The translations under genes and the position numbers were made by a program. From NCBI GenBank assembly GCA_030550585.1, contig JAUQPB010000002.1, positions 128,001-192,000 of the forward strand: a DNA stretch of 64,000 bases. The letters run 5' to 3'. Shown piece by piece: positions 41,215 through 52,141 of this stretch (position 1 is its first letter; the number at the start of each line of letters is the position of its first letter). The notes under the pieces were generated by a model. The model saw nothing but the letters and a program-made list of their open reading frames with translations. It did not search any database and was not told the origin of the DNA. The DNA is from Thermoproteota archaeon. GTDB lineage: Archaea; Thermoproteota; Thermoprotei_A; Sulfolobales; Ignisphaeraceae.

Positions 41215-42370
41215 GATTCAACACCATCTTTTTGAATTTTTCAAAAACCCATGTAGTGTCGTGGGGGCCTGGGCCACCCTCTGGATGAAACTGTGTTGCA
41301 ATTACAGGCAACTTCTTATGTATGACTCCCTCAACTGATTTGTCATCTATATTCTTGAACCATACAATCAAATCTGACTCTTCTAAGCTCTTCTCGTCAA
41401 CTGCATAGCCATGATTCTGCGTAGTTATATAACTTCTACCAGTTAGAACATCGACAACGCCTTTGTTTGGCCCTCTATGACCATATCTAAGCTTATATAT
41501 CTTAGCTCCGAGTGATAAGGATATGAGTTGAAGACCAAGGCATATTCCAAGAACAGGCTTACCAGATTCAACAAGTTCTCTAACAGTTTTGATCTGGTCA
41601 CTTAGAACAGCTGGGTTTCCAGGCCCATTACTAACAACAATTCCATCGGCATTGTCAAGCAATTCGTCTGCCTTGGACCAGCATGGATATCTAACAACCT
41701 TGAAGCCATATCTTAGCAACCATCTCAAAATACCATATTTTAAGCCACAGTCAAGAATGGCTATCTTTGCTACGGGTTTGGTAAGAGGCTCATACTCAAT
41801 TACTGTTTTGGGTGAAACAGCATAGGCAAAGTTCTTTATATCGTATCTTTCAGCTGTTTTCAGTTTTCTTTCTAGCTCCTCCCACGAAACCTCTTCGCCC
41901 TCTGGGAAAGTTGCTATAACACCCATCATAACACCCTGCTCTCTAATCTCCTTGACCAAGGCTCTTGTATCAACTTTGTACATGCCAGGGACACCGCTCT
42001 TCAAAAGCCATGTATGTAAATCGTATATGCTTAGATAGTGGTTTGGTGGAGGCAATTCAGAGACTATGAACCCCTCAACCTGTATTCTATCAGATTCGTA
42101 GTTTAGCGGAACACCGCAGTAGCTATGCGCTTTTGTTGGAACTCCATAGCATCCAACCATTGGATGTGTCCACAGAAGGATTTGCCCAGCATAGCTTGGA
42201 TCCGTCAAAGCCTCTACATAACCTGTCATGCTTGTTGAAAATACAACCTCTCCTACTCTAGTTTCTTCAGCACCAAAGCCACATCCTTCCACAGCATCAC
42301 CATTTTCAAGTAGCAAACGGCTACGTAGTCCTGTATCGCATTTCAGATGCTTAATTGTCTTAATCTGCAA
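41201..42370 (-). CDS. carA: Carbamoyl-phosphate synthase small subunit
   Basis: LTDPSY, SNGPGNP, GICLG, QNHGYAV, QFHPE. Confidence 0.97.
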   Translation of the reverse strand: MQIKTIKHLKCDTGLRSRLLLENGDAVEGCGFGAEETRVGEVVFSTSMTGYVEALTDPSYAGQILLWTHPMVGCYGVPTKAHSYCGVPLNYESDRIQVEGFIVSELPPPNHYLSIYDLHTWLLKSGVPGMYKVDTRALVKEIREQGVMMGVIATFPEGEEVSWEELERKLKTAERYDIKNFAYAVSPKTVIEYEPLTKPVAKIAILDCGLKYGILRWLLRYGFKVVRYPCWSKADELLDNADGIVVSNGPGNPAVLSDQIKTVRELVESGKPVLGICLGLQLISLSLGAKIYKLRYGHRGPNKGVVDVLTGRSYITTQNHGYAVDEKSLEESDLIVWFKNIDDKSVEGVIHKKLPVIATQFHPEGGPGPHDTTWVFEKFKKMVLNHGGG

Positions 42371-42395
42371 TGACCCTCACCTACATTTTTCAAAA

Positions 42396-43802
42396 TTAGC
42401 TTAAAAGTGTTGAGGTACACTTCTCAATTGCTAGTGAAACGTTCTTAACATTACTTCTGTCTCTTTCAAGTCTTGTCCAAGCATCTTCAAGCACTCTCTT
42501 CATGTTTATTTCCATAGGCCTATTCTTAACCATGTTCCAAATATCTTCGGGCGTCAAGTTGAAATGTGATAGAACTTTTGATATGCATGCAGAGTCTATT
42601 GCTCCACAATCTTTAAACAATTTAGCGAGATTCAAATAAACTTCTCGTGCCGGTCTCCCGCTGGTTAAAGCAATGTATTCAACTAGATCACTGCTCCAAC
42701 AGGGCTTGTCCTCGATAAACTTCTGAACAAGGTTTTCGTCTATGGATAAACCATTTATAAAATCTTTGATAATATTCAATGTTTTTTGAACGATGTCGAT
42801 AGACTGCATCGCCACATTGTTTATTTCTTGAAGGTCTAGGTTATAGCCATAGGGAAGACCCTTGTATATCGACTGCGCTCCAAATGCCAGACCACAAACT
42901 TTTGCTGCGTTAGCTCTCACAATTTCCATTGTAACGAGATTTCTTTTGTGAGGCATAATGCTACTAGTTGCAATGTGTTCAACTGGAACCTTCAACGCGT
43001 TTGGTATAAGACTATTTAGAAATATCATATCCTCTGCCAACCTGCTCAACTCAAGCATTAGAAGCGATAGTGCGTTTAGATAATGGAGTATGAAAAGCCT
43101 TGATCCAGTTGAATAGTATGGCGGAATCGGGGAGGGATCGAGGCAGAGCATGGCTCCAACACTTTCCCTATCTAGGTTTATGATACTTCCACTGGCAGCG
43201 CCAGAGCCAAGTGGGTTTTCTCTCAACAGATCTAGACCTTGGTAAAGAAGCCTCCAGATATTGGCAAGGGTATGTTCATAAGATATGAAGTATGTGGAGG
43301 CCGAACCACATTGCGCGACCTGTCCATGGGTAAAGAAAGGTATTATAACATTTCTTAGCTCCGTCGCTTTACGTAGTAGAGACTCTCTAACATCTAAAAG
43401 CGTATTGAGAATCTCAATTATGGAATCTCTCAAATACATTCTTAGAACAGTTGCGATATGGTCGTTTCGGCTTCTACCAATAGCTATGTAACCGGCGTCA
43501 GCCTCCGCAAATTCGTAGAGATATGCTTCAAGAGCCTCAAAAGCATCTTCATACGAAGCTTTTGACTGCTCAATCCATTTGTATAACTGTTCTCCATCAG
43601 ATTTTGCCAAGTCCTTTAATATCCTAACAATCTCTTCGCCATGGCTCGTAGGGATTATACCTTGCCTCATTAGCGTTTTTACATGGGCTAACATGACCAT
43701 GATTATATATTTAACGATTCTTTTGTCGCTTTCTAAACTAGAAAAATACTTCTCAATAAAGTCTTTGGTTTGGCCAATAAAAATTCTGTATCGAAGAGTC
43801 AT
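42396..43802 (-). CDS. argH: Argininosuccinate lyase
   Basis: GRSRND, SSIMPHKRN, YNLDLQE. Confidence 0.93.
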   Translation of the reverse strand: MTLRYRIFIGQTKDFIEKYFSSLESDKRIVKYIIMVMLAHVKTLMRQGIIPTSHGEEIVRILKDLAKSDGEQLYKWIEQSKASYEDAFEALEAYLYEFAEADAGYIAIGRSRNDHIATVLRMYLRDSIIEILNTLLDVRESLLRKATELRNVIIPFFTHGQVAQCGSASTYFISYEHTLANIWRLLYQGLDLLRENPLGSGAASGSIINLDRESVGAMLCLDPSPIPPYYSTGSRLFILHYLNALSLLMLELSRLAEDMIFLNSLIPNALKVPVEHIATSSIMPHKRNLVTMEIVRANAAKVCGLAFGAQSIYKGLPYGYNLDLQEINNVAMQSIDIVQKTLNIIKDFINGLSIDENLVQKFIEDKPCWSSDLVEYIALTSGRPAREVYLNLAKLFKDCGAIDSACISKVLSHFNLTPEDIWNMVKNRPMEINMKRVLEDAWTRLERDRSNVKNVSLAIEKCTSTLLS

Positions 43803-43831
43803 ATCATCAAAACCTTATTAAAGGATGGTTT

Positions 43832-45034
43832 TCATTTAGAGTTTCGAACCTTGAGAGCAGTTAATGCATATAATCCATGGATTGTTATAAAACCTCTCGC
43901 CTCCTCATCTGTTGGATACCATCCAGTGTTATAGTCTATGACCTCTCTTGAGTATAGAGAGAATGGGCTATCTCTGCCGACTACTGCGAGACTGCCTTTA
44001 AATACCTTTAATCTGACGGTTCCACTAACGTATTTATTCATCGAATTTATGACAGACTCTAGATGTTTTTTCATGGGATCTATCCAAAGGCCTTGGTATA
44101 CAAGATCACTCCACATTTCGTCAACAAGTCTCTTGAATCTCAGCTCCTTTGGTGTTAGAACCATTCTCTCTAAATCTTGGTGGCTCTCTATCAATGCTAG
44201 TGCTGCTGGCGCCTCATACACTTCTCTGCTCTTTAAACCAACAACTCTACTCTCTATTAAATCTATTCTTCCAAATCCATGCGAGCCAAGTAGCTTGTTT
44301 AGATATTTTATCATATCAACAGAATTCATTTTCTCTCCATCTACCTTTACTGGGATCCCCTCCTCAAACTCTATTGTTATATATGCTGGCTTGTCAGGTG
44401 CCTTTTCAGGGGGTACAGTCCACGCAAACGCATCTTCAGGCGGCTCTTGATATGGGTTATCCAGTTCTCCCCCCTCTATACTCCTTGACCAGAGGTTCTC
44501 ATCTACACTATACTTTTTATGTGTCTCGGATACGCTGTAGCCATATTCATTCAAAATTTTTATATTCATACTTCTCGTAAGCTTCAATTCTCTTACAGGA
44601 GCCATTATCTTTATATTCGGCTTTAGAAAAGCCTTCAAGGTGATGTCGAATCTGACCTGGTCATTGCCCTTGCCTGTACATCCATGGGCAACAGCATCAG
44701 CGTTCTCTTCTATAGCTATCTCTGCAATTTTCTTCGCTATTAATGGTCTTGCTAATGCTGTTCCAAGTGGGTATTTACCCTCGTAGAGAGCATTAGCCTT
44801 AATCGCATTGAATACATACTCCTCTACAAATTCTTTCTTAGCATCTATCGTATAGTGTTTGATTGCCCCAAGCTCATATGCCCTCTCCTCTACACCTTTC
44901 ATATCATCCTCTTGACCAACATCAACAGTTACTGTAACTACATCAGCATTGTATTTTTTCCTCAATAGCACAAGGATTGTTGAGGTATCCAATCCACCTG
45001 AGTAGGCTAGCACTACCTTCATTTTGTTGAGCAC
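43832..45034 (-). CDS. argG: Argininosuccinate synthase
   Basis: AYSGGLDTS, HGCTGKGNDQVRF, KSREVYE. Confidence 0.97.
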   Translation of the reverse strand: MLNKMKVVLAYSGGLDTSTILVLLRKKYNADVVTVTVDVGQEDDMKGVEERAYELGAIKHYTIDAKKEFVEEYVFNAIKANALYEGKYPLGTALARPLIAKKIAEIAIEENADAVAHGCTGKGNDQVRFDITLKAFLKPNIKIMAPVRELKLTRSMNIKILNEYGYSVSETHKKYSVDENLWSRSIEGGELDNPYQEPPEDAFAWTVPPEKAPDKPAYITIEFEEGIPVKVDGEKMNSVDMIKYLNKLLGSHGFGRIDLIESRVVGLKSREVYEAPAALALIESHQDLERMVLTPKELRFKRLVDEMWSDLVYQGLWIDPMKKHLESVINSMNKYVSGTVRLKVFKGSLAVVGRDSPFSLYSREVIDYNTGWYPTDEEARGFITIHGLYALTALKVRNSK

Positions 45035-45133
45035 CTACAGCGATCAAATAGAAGAGAACTTGTTGGAACACATTTTTCCAGTTGGCGAAACATTTATAAC
45101 TAAGTGTACTAATAATTGTTCTGGGTAGAACAC

Positions 45134-45823
45134 ATGCCATCAATTTCAGATGTTGTTGCAGATGTAGTTTCAGGTGATCCTATAATTCAGCAGTGTATGG
45201 CAAGAGGCTTTATTAATTATAGTAAATTGGCGAAGAATATACAGCCGCTGGTATCGCAATTGCTTGGAAAAGAGGTTTCTACAGACTCGATAAAAATGGC
45301 GCTGATAAGATATTCAAATAAAATTGGTAGAGAGACTCAAATTAGAAGAGATGTGTTAGAGGTTTTAGCAAAGTCCTCTATCGAGATAAGAACAGATATA
45401 GTTATCATAACATTGAAGTTGCATGCCCTTAGCTACGTAGCAAGCCTTTTCAGCAAGGTTATGACCAAGGCAAGGTTTGTAGCTATAATGCAAAGTGTTA
45501 AAACAATAACCATTGTACTCGACAACGAGACCGCCAACGAGTATCTACCTATGTTGAAAAGCGAGGATATAGTTGATATCCAGAGAAACCAGGCGGCAAT
45601 AGTTATTGTAAGTCCTGTTGAGATTATGAGTACGCCAGGTGTCTTAGCTTACATCGCAAATGTTTTGGCTCAAAACAATGTGAACATCACACATATAGAG
45701 TCTTGCTACACAGACACAATAATTATTATCGCTAGAGAGGAACTAGAAAAGGCATTTACGGTTATAATGAGGCATATAGATAGTGCTAGAAAGAGATTGA
45801 ATAAAGAGCCTAAACATTTCTAG
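45134..45823 (+). CDS. ACT-domain protein with N-terminal HTH-like region (putative amino-acid-responsive regulator)
   Basis: INYSKLAK...SIKMALIRY N-terminus; TPGVLAYIANVLAQNNVNI ACT motif. Confidence 0.75.
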   Translation: MPSISDVVADVVSGDPIIQQCMARGFINYSKLAKNIQPLVSQLLGKEVSTDSIKMALIRYSNKIGRETQIRRDVLEVLAKSSIEIRTDIVIITLKLHALSYVASLFSKVMTKARFVAIMQSVKTITIVLDNETANEYLPMLKSEDIVDIQRNQAAIVIVSPVEIMSTPGVLAYIANVLAQNNVNITHIESCYTDTIIIIAREELEKAFTVIMRHIDSARKRLNKEPKHF

Positions 45824-45845
45824 CAAGGGGTAAGGCTGGTACATG

Positions 45846-46913
45846 CTATTGCTTTGCAGGTTGCAAAACCTCTTTTCTAATCTTTTCAAGCTCTTTTTTG
45901 GATATTGTTGCTACTGGCTTTTCTGGCAATAGACCCTGGGGTCTGAACAGCGTCAGCAATATTATTACCATGCCAATCAGTATATACTCTAGCCAGACAG
46001 GGTCAACGGGGATTACCTGTGAAATCTCGTATTTGTATACAGATATGATGCTCCTAGCACTAGACAGTATTAAGACTCCTAGGGCGACACCAAGATTGTT
46101 TCCAACCCCGCCAAGCATCATATAAGCCCACGGCAAGAACGTCCAGCTGTATCTTGTAAACACATCTGCTCTAACACTTTTTGTATATATTGAATATAGA
46201 GCGCCGGCCAATGCCGCCATAGCCGAACCTATCATAATTGCATATACTCTAACAATCATTATATCTCTTCCATAAACCTGCGAAGCGAGTTCAGAATCTC
46301 TAACAGCCTTCATAACCCTTCCCAACGGCGATCTGCTTATCCTCTCAGCAATGAAATAGCAGAACAAGGCCATCAAAAATATGAATGACAATGAGATGAT
46401 ATTTTCATAGGATCCTGCAAAGCCAAAGAATGACGGAGCGGCTATGCCTAATGTACCCCCAATCACATCTGGATAGTTATACATTATTGTTCTAAGGATT
46501 TCGCCAAAAGATAGTAGCGTTATACCCAAGTAAGATTCCCTCAGTCTTATTGCCGGCAATGCTGTGAGCAAACCTATTAAAGCACCTAGCAAGGCGGCTG
46601 TCAATATTGATAGTATTAGAAGGGCTATCGAAATAATTGCATGGGAAGATAAATAAGCATTTATCTGTGTTGTTATAGGGGCATTGTAGCTTATGAATTC
46701 GTTTCCTGTGGGGAGGCCGGCCAAGGCAGCAGCAACTCTTCCAATTATAGCGCCAACAGCTATAGAGCCTACTAAAGCCGCTGTTAGCCTACCAAATTCT
46801 GGGATCCCCGTAAAACCAACCTCTATATTCAAACTAAGCGTCAATATGAGGTATATGCCAAAGTTTAGCGCTATATTCAAGAGTATATATTGCAATCCTG
46901 TCTCTAGCGCCAT
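45846..46913 (-). CDS. livM: HAAT/branched-chain amino acid ABC permease
   Basis: RLRESYLGITLL, SPLGRVMKAVRD, LGGVGN. Confidence 0.85.
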   Translation of the reverse strand: MALETGLQYILLNIALNFGIYLILTLSLNIEVGFTGIPEFGRLTAALVGSIAVGAIIGRVAAALAGLPTGNEFISYNAPITTQINAYLSSHAIISIALLILSILTAALLGALIGLLTALPAIRLRESYLGITLLSFGEILRTIMYNYPDVIGGTLGIAAPSFFGFAGSYENIISLSFIFLMALFCYFIAERISRSPLGRVMKAVRDSELASQVYGRDIMIVRVYAIMIGSAMAALAGALYSIYTKSVRADVFTRYSWTFLPWAYMMLGGVGNNLGVALGVLILSSARSIISVYKYEISQVIPVDPVWLEYILIGMVIILLTLFRPQGLLPEKPVATISKKELEKIRKEVLQPAKQ

Positions 46914-47818
46914 CTCCTCTCCACCAGTCCTGCGAGACCTTTTGGATACAAAAGCAGTGTGGCTACAAGCATCACTAGGGGTATAGCAAATCTATAGGAG
47001 TAGATCCATGGAAAAACGGATGATAGATAGTATGGGATGAGCCTCTCACTCAAACCAACTAAAAGACCTCCAAATAATCCGCCAAGTATGCTTTGCAAAC
47101 CTCCAACTATTGACCCAGCAAAATAGAGTACAATTAGATCAGAGCCTATGGAGCTTGTTCCTTGCATTACCATGGTCAGCAACCCTCCTGAAAGGCCTGC
47201 TAGCGCTCCTCCTATCATCCAAGCTAGTGTATATATTTTATCGATATCTATACCTAGGATTGATGCGAGCTCAGGGTTCTCTATAGATGCTCTCATTGCT
47301 ATTCCGATATTTGTTTTATTCAAAAACATGTGAATGGAGACTAGAAAGAGAAGAGCTGTTAATGGTGCCACTATATGGACTCCTTTTATAGGTGTGTTAG
47401 CTACGGTGAGTATTGTAGGATCCGTTAAAACGATATTAACATTCTTTATATCCCATTTGTATACATTTGCAAAATAGTCTATGACCATATTTAGAAAAGC
47501 AAACAATATGAAATCAACACCTAAAGTGACCATCATCAACGTTATTTCGGATGCCTTGGCACGTATTAGCCTCCTTATTACAGACACATATATGGCAATA
47601 CCGATCAAACCGGTCGCTATTGTGGCTATGGGCATGAATAGATACGGCGATAGGCCAAACAATTTGTAAAATATGTAGGTTATGTAGAACCCCCAGCTGA
47701 CTAGAGAGGCGTGGGCAAAGTTAAATACGCGTGTAGATGCGTACCACAAGGTTATTGCAGCACAGCCGAGGGCTAGTATAGATGCATATGCTATCGATGT
47801 AAAAACTATTGTCAGCAT
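46904..47818 (-). CDS. livH: HAAT ABC permease
   Basis: VFNFAH, GIAMRASIENPELA, IVGGL. Confidence 0.85.
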   Translation of the reverse strand: MLTIVFTSIAYASILALGCAAITLWYASTRVFNFAHASLVSWGFYITYIFYKLFGLSPYLFMPIATIATGLIGIAIYVSVIRRLIRAKASEITLMMVTLGVDFILFAFLNMVIDYFANVYKWDIKNVNIVLTDPTILTVANTPIKGVHIVAPLTALLFLVSIHMFLNKTNIGIAMRASIENPELASILGIDIDKIYTLAWMIGGALAGLSGGLLTMVMQGTSSIGSDLIVLYFAGSIVGGLQSILGGLFGGLLVGLSERLIPYYLSSVFPWIYSYRFAIPLVMLVATLLLYPKGLAGLVERRWR

Positions 47819-48031
47819 TCATCTCACACCATTAGTTTTATTGTCGAGTAGTTGTATAGGCAATCGATTAGCTTTAGGTTGTTTATAGTATTTAGATATT
47901 TAGATTGTAGTATTAGCAGGGTATAAAATACTTTTATGTTTACTTTTATATTTGTAGGCTGAAAAGAGATTTATGGATTTTTAAGCGCGATATAAGTATT
48001 TATATCCCTATAGTTTGAAATAAGTAGATTT

Positions 48032-49351
48032 ATGGTGAGCCACATGAAAAATGTCTTGGCAATAGTGCTAGCCATAGTAATGCTGATTATAGGCTATGTC
48101 ATAGGCTATGCAACATATCCATTAATATCAAAGCAAGGTGCAGGAACAGTCCAAACAGTAACATATACACCTGGCTCTGCAACATCAGCACTCTCTGGCG
48201 ATATACCAATCGGTGCGCTTTTGCCATTGTCAGGTGCTCTCGCTACATATGGTGCACAATGCAAGGAAGCATTTCTCCTAGCTGTTGACGATGTTAATGC
48301 GTGGTTACAGCAACTTGGGAAGCCGTGGAGGTTAAAGGCATATGTTGAAGATACTGCTGTAGATCCTGCAACAGCTCTGAATAAGTTAATGGATCTTGCA
48401 GCAAGAGGTGTAAAAGTCGTTGTGGGGCCTATGGCTAGTAGCGAGGTCAAGAACATAAAGAGTTTTGCAGATTCAAACAAGATATTGATAATTTCTCAGA
48501 GCTCAACATCAATGGAGCTTGCTATACCCAATGACTACATATATAGGTTTGTACCTCCTGACAAGTACCAAGGGATTGCAATAGCACATATACTATGGGA
48601 AAGAGGAATAAGATATGTAGTGCCTATCTGGAGAGGGGACACATGGGGTGACGGATTAGTTAACTACGCAAAGACGGAGTTCATGAAAATATGCAATACT
48701 GTCGGCGGCGGAAACTGCGGTTTTGCAGATGGTGTAAGATATGATCCCAAGGCACAAGAATTTTCCACAGAAGTTGCAAAACTAAATGACATTGTCACAA
48801 GCTATGTGAATAAATATGGCAAGGACAAGGTTGGAGTGTTGGCAGTATCATTTGAGGAAATAGCAAACATATTTACAGAAGCTCTGAACTACCCCATATT
48901 ATCCGAGGTTAAGTGGCAGGGTTCGGACGGAACCTATGGCACAGCCAAGCTAGTTGAGAATAGAGAGCTGGCAGATTTTGCAGTAAAGGTAGGTTTCTGG
49001 AACACGATGGCGGCTCCCGGCCAATCACCTTTGAGGGATTCGGTTAGACAAAGACTTATCCAGAAATTGGGTCAGGAACCTATAGCATATGCTTACTTCA
49101 CATATGATGCTGTATGGGCTGTTGCACTAGCTATAGACCATGTCGGTAAATATGATGGAGAGGCAATCAAGAATGCCATTCCACTAGTGCTAAAAACATT
49201 CATCGGAGCGTCAGGCCACTTCGAGCTCGATGAAAATGGTGATAGAGCGACAACAGATTATAGCATTGGAGCTGTAGTTAAAGAGGGAGATACATACAAA
49301 TGGAAAGACATTGGAGGATTTATAAATGGTCAACTAGTATTATATAGCTAG
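48032..49351 (+). CDS. HAAT ABC substrate-binding protein, membrane anchored
   Basis: N-terminal TM plus Thr-rich linker, IGALLPLSG, YDAVW, GASGHFELDENGDR. Confidence 0.9.
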   Translation: MVSHMKNVLAIVLAIVMLIIGYVIGYATYPLISKQGAGTVQTVTYTPGSATSALSGDIPIGALLPLSGALATYGAQCKEAFLLAVDDVNAWLQQLGKPWRLKAYVEDTAVDPATALNKLMDLAARGVKVVVGPMASSEVKNIKSFADSNKILIISQSSTSMELAIPNDYIYRFVPPDKYQGIAIAHILWERGIRYVVPIWRGDTWGDGLVNYAKTEFMKICNTVGGGNCGFADGVRYDPKAQEFSTEVAKLNDIVTSYVNKYGKDKVGVLAVSFEEIANIFTEALNYPILSEVKWQGSDGTYGTAKLVENRELADFAVKVGFWNTMAAPGQSPLRDSVRQRLIQKLGQEPIAYAYFTYDAVWAVALAIDHVGKYDGEAIKNAIPLVLKTFIGASGHFELDENGDRATTDYSIGAVVKEGDTYKWKDIGGFINGQLVLYS

Positions 49352-49548
49352 AACCTAAAATAGACTAGCTATATAGAATAGACAATTTTTATTTTATATA
49401 ACAATTTTTTATAAATGCTTTGATTTAATTAATGTGTATAGTTGTGTATAAAACATGCATAAAATTCTTAAAAACAATAGCTTAACAATACAGAGAGTGT
49501 TGTTGTGTAATATTGTGTAATTGCACATATATAGCAGGTGTAAATGTC

Positions 49549-50319
49549 ATGGCTCAGACCAGCCTGAATGGAACAATATTGTTGACGAGAAACCTCACAA
49601 AGAGATTTGGTGGTGTTGTTGCATTAGATTCCGTGTCAATTGATGTGAAGAGAAATAGCATCACATTGTTGATAGGCCCTAATGGTGCTGGCAAAACAAC
49701 ATTTATAAATGTTTGTACAGGTGTTTTGAAACCAGATCATGGAAAGGTTATATTCGATTCGATAGACATCACAGGATGGCCTCCTTACAAAGTTTATAGC
49801 ATTGGATTTGCAAGAACATTTCAGATACCCCAGCCTTTCAGAAGCCTAACAGTTTTGGACAATGTTCTTGTGGCAATGAAGAGCAGAGGCGAGAATCCTA
49901 TAAGGGCTTTATTTAAGAGGAGCTGGATCAGAGAAGAGAAAGAAAATATAGAGAAGGCGTTTAAAATACTAGACCTAGTTGGACTTGACTCCTTCTGGGA
50001 TTGGGAGGCCTATAAGCTGGGGGCGGGGCAACTGAAAATGCTTGAGGTTGCAAGAGCTCTTGCATCTGGGGCAAAGCTTTTAGCACTCGATGAGCCAATT
50101 GGAGGCACAGACCCTGGCTATGCCTCAAGGATTTTCGAGAGACTGAGCAAGATTAGGAGTGCTTTAGATGTCTCGTTTATTGTCATAGAGCATAGAATAG
50201 ATATTGCATTAAAGTACGCAGATAAAGTATATGTTATGGATAGAGGAAGAATAGTTGCTAATGGAGCTCCATCTGAGATTTTGAAGAATCCAAAAGTGGC
50301 AGAAATCTATCTAGGGTAA
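49549..50319 (+). CDS. livG: HAAT ABC ATPase
   Basis: KRFGG, GPNGAGKTT, ARTFQ, LDEP. Confidence 0.88.
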   Translation: MAQTSLNGTILLTRNLTKRFGGVVALDSVSIDVKRNSITLLIGPNGAGKTTFINVCTGVLKPDHGKVIFDSIDITGWPPYKVYSIGFARTFQIPQPFRSLTVLDNVLVAMKSRGENPIRALFKRSWIREEKENIEKAFKILDLVGLDSFWDWEAYKLGAGQLKMLEVARALASGAKLLALDEPIGGTDPGYASRIFERLSKIRSALDVSFIVIEHRIDIALKYADKVYVMDRGRIVANGAPSEILKNPKVAEIYLG

Positions 50320-50325
50320 TCATGA

Positions 50326-51069
50326 TTGTCGCTATTATATGTTAAAAATCTGTACTCTGGTTATGGAAAGATAAGGGTTTTATTTAATGTGAATGTGGAA
50401 GTTGTAGAAGGATCCATAACAGCTATTATAGGCCCTAATGGTGCCGGCAAAACAACTCTTCTCAATAGCATATATGGTTTGGCTGATGTATACAGTGGCG
50501 AGGTTATATTCGATAAGCGTAACATTGTTGGCTTAAAGCCGCATCAGATCTCGGCGCTTGGAATAGGTTATGTTCCGCAATCAAATAATGTATTCTCCAG
50601 TTTGACAGTGTATGAGAATTTAAGATTGGCTTCAACTGGCTTATCCAAAACAGAGTTTGTTAAGAAAGTTAACGAGGTTTTGGAGATCTTTCCAAAACTA
50701 AAGGAGTTGTTGGACAGAAGAGCTGGTACACTGAGTGGTGGCGAGAGGAGGATGCTAGCCATAGCACTAGCGTTAATGAAGAAGCCAAGACTTCTTCTAT
50801 TAGATGAAATAACAACAGACTTGGCACCGATAATGGTTAAGAGAGTTTTGGAGAAGGTTGTCGAGCTAAAGAAAATGGGTATAACCATTCTACTTGTTGA
50901 ACAATATGCACACAGAGCATTAGAGATAGCGGATAGGGTCTATCTACTCGCTAGCGGAGAGATAAGATTTGCTGGCGAGCCCCAGGAACTTCTAAGTAAG
51001 AAAGAACTTCTCGAGATCTATTTAGGAGTTCAAAAAAGTTTTGGAGAAGGTTCTAGCCAATTATCTTAA
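50326..51069 (+). CDS. livF: HAAT ABC ATPase
   Basis: GPNGAGKTT, AGTLSGGE, LLVEQ. Confidence 0.88.
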   Translation: MSLLYVKNLYSGYGKIRVLFNVNVEVVEGSITAIIGPNGAGKTTLLNSIYGLADVYSGEVIFDKRNIVGLKPHQISALGIGYVPQSNNVFSSLTVYENLRLASTGLSKTEFVKKVNEVLEIFPKLKELLDRRAGTLSGGERRMLAIALALMKKPRLLLLDEITTDLAPIMVKRVLEKVVELKKMGITILLVEQYAHRALEIADRVYLLASGEIRFAGEPQELLSKKELLEIYLGVQKSFGEGSSQLS

Positions 51070-52141
51070 AGAATTCCTCAACTGTCTTCATATAAGTTTC
51101 AGCGCCTTGAACGACCTCATCTATGCTTATCTCTTCTTCATCTGTGTGCGAAAGCTCTGATCTGCCGGGTCCATACGCAACAATGTTGTTATTGTATGTA
51201 CAAACATAGAGTATATTCATGTCGCTTGTCCCAAGTTTGTAAACAAATCTTGGTTTGATACCCGATCTTATCAATGCTCTTGTCAAAGATCTTACAATTG
51301 TGTTGTTTACAGAGACTTTGATTGGCAATGTGAAATCTATGACTCTATAGCTGCATTTGCTATAGTTTCTAACTATGCCGGCTATATCTCTTTCGACAGC
51401 ATCTATGCTACCGTCTACAGAGACTCTGATGTCCAACAGAAGATTGCCTTGCGTTGGATAAACATTGTATCTTTCTCTCTTTCCGCAGCCTATGTACAGT
51501 ACCACAGCAGAGTTTGACTGTGCATTAAATGAGCTGTAACCATTTCTAATCCTTGTCCATATATCGACAATCTTGTCACATGCCGAAGGCTCTTGAGAAG
51601 GTGATGAGGTATGCCAAGGCTTTGATTCACATACTATCTCTATTTTCATACTTCCTCTATATCCTAATACAATAGAGTTGTTACTGGGCTCTCCAATTAC
51701 TATTCCATCAGCTTTAAAATTGTTTTTTATAAGTTCCTTAGCGCCTCTGCTATCCCCTTCCTCGCCAACAACCGCTACTGCAGCAACTCTATACTTATCC
51801 AAGTTTATGACCTTTTTTGCTAGAGAGGCTCCTACAAACATTGCAACGAGCGGGCCCTTAGCATCAACAGCGCCTCTACCTCTAACGCTATGTCCATTGA
51901 ACTCTACTGGAATCTCCCCAGGTACAGTATCTATATGTCCCACTAGAGCAATGCTCTTTTTTCCATATCCTATTTCCGCAATTAGATTGCCAACACCATC
52001 TATATTAATGTTGTCAAATCCAAGGCTTCTAGCATATTCATACAGTATCTTTGTAGCCCTTTCCTCAGAACCTGTAGGGCTATAAGCCTTGACAATGTCT
52101 AGAAGCATATCAGCTACTAGCTTCTTCAATGCATTTGCCAA
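51053..52141 (-). CDS. lysK: [LysW]-lysine/ornithine hydrolase (M20 family)
   Basis: GHIDTVPG, GRGAVDAKG, GEE, YGPG.S.LSHT. Confidence 0.88.
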   Translation of the reverse strand: MANALKKLVADMLLDIVKAYSPTGSEERATKILYEYARSLGFDNINIDGVGNLIAEIGYGKKSIALVGHIDTVPGEIPVEFNGHSVRGRGAVDAKGPLVAMFVGASLAKKVINLDKYRVAAVAVVGEEGDSRGAKELIKNNFKADGIVIGEPSNNSIVLGYRGSMKIEIVCESKPWHTSSPSQEPSACDKIVDIWTRIRNGYSSFNAQSNSAVVLYIGCGKRERYNVYPTQGNLLLDIRVSVDGSIDAVERDIAGIVRNYSKCSYRVIDFTLPIKVSVNNTIVRSLTRALIRSGIKPRFVYKLGTSDMNILYVCTYNNNIVAYGPGRSELSHTDEEEISIDEVVQGAETYMKTVEEFFKIIG

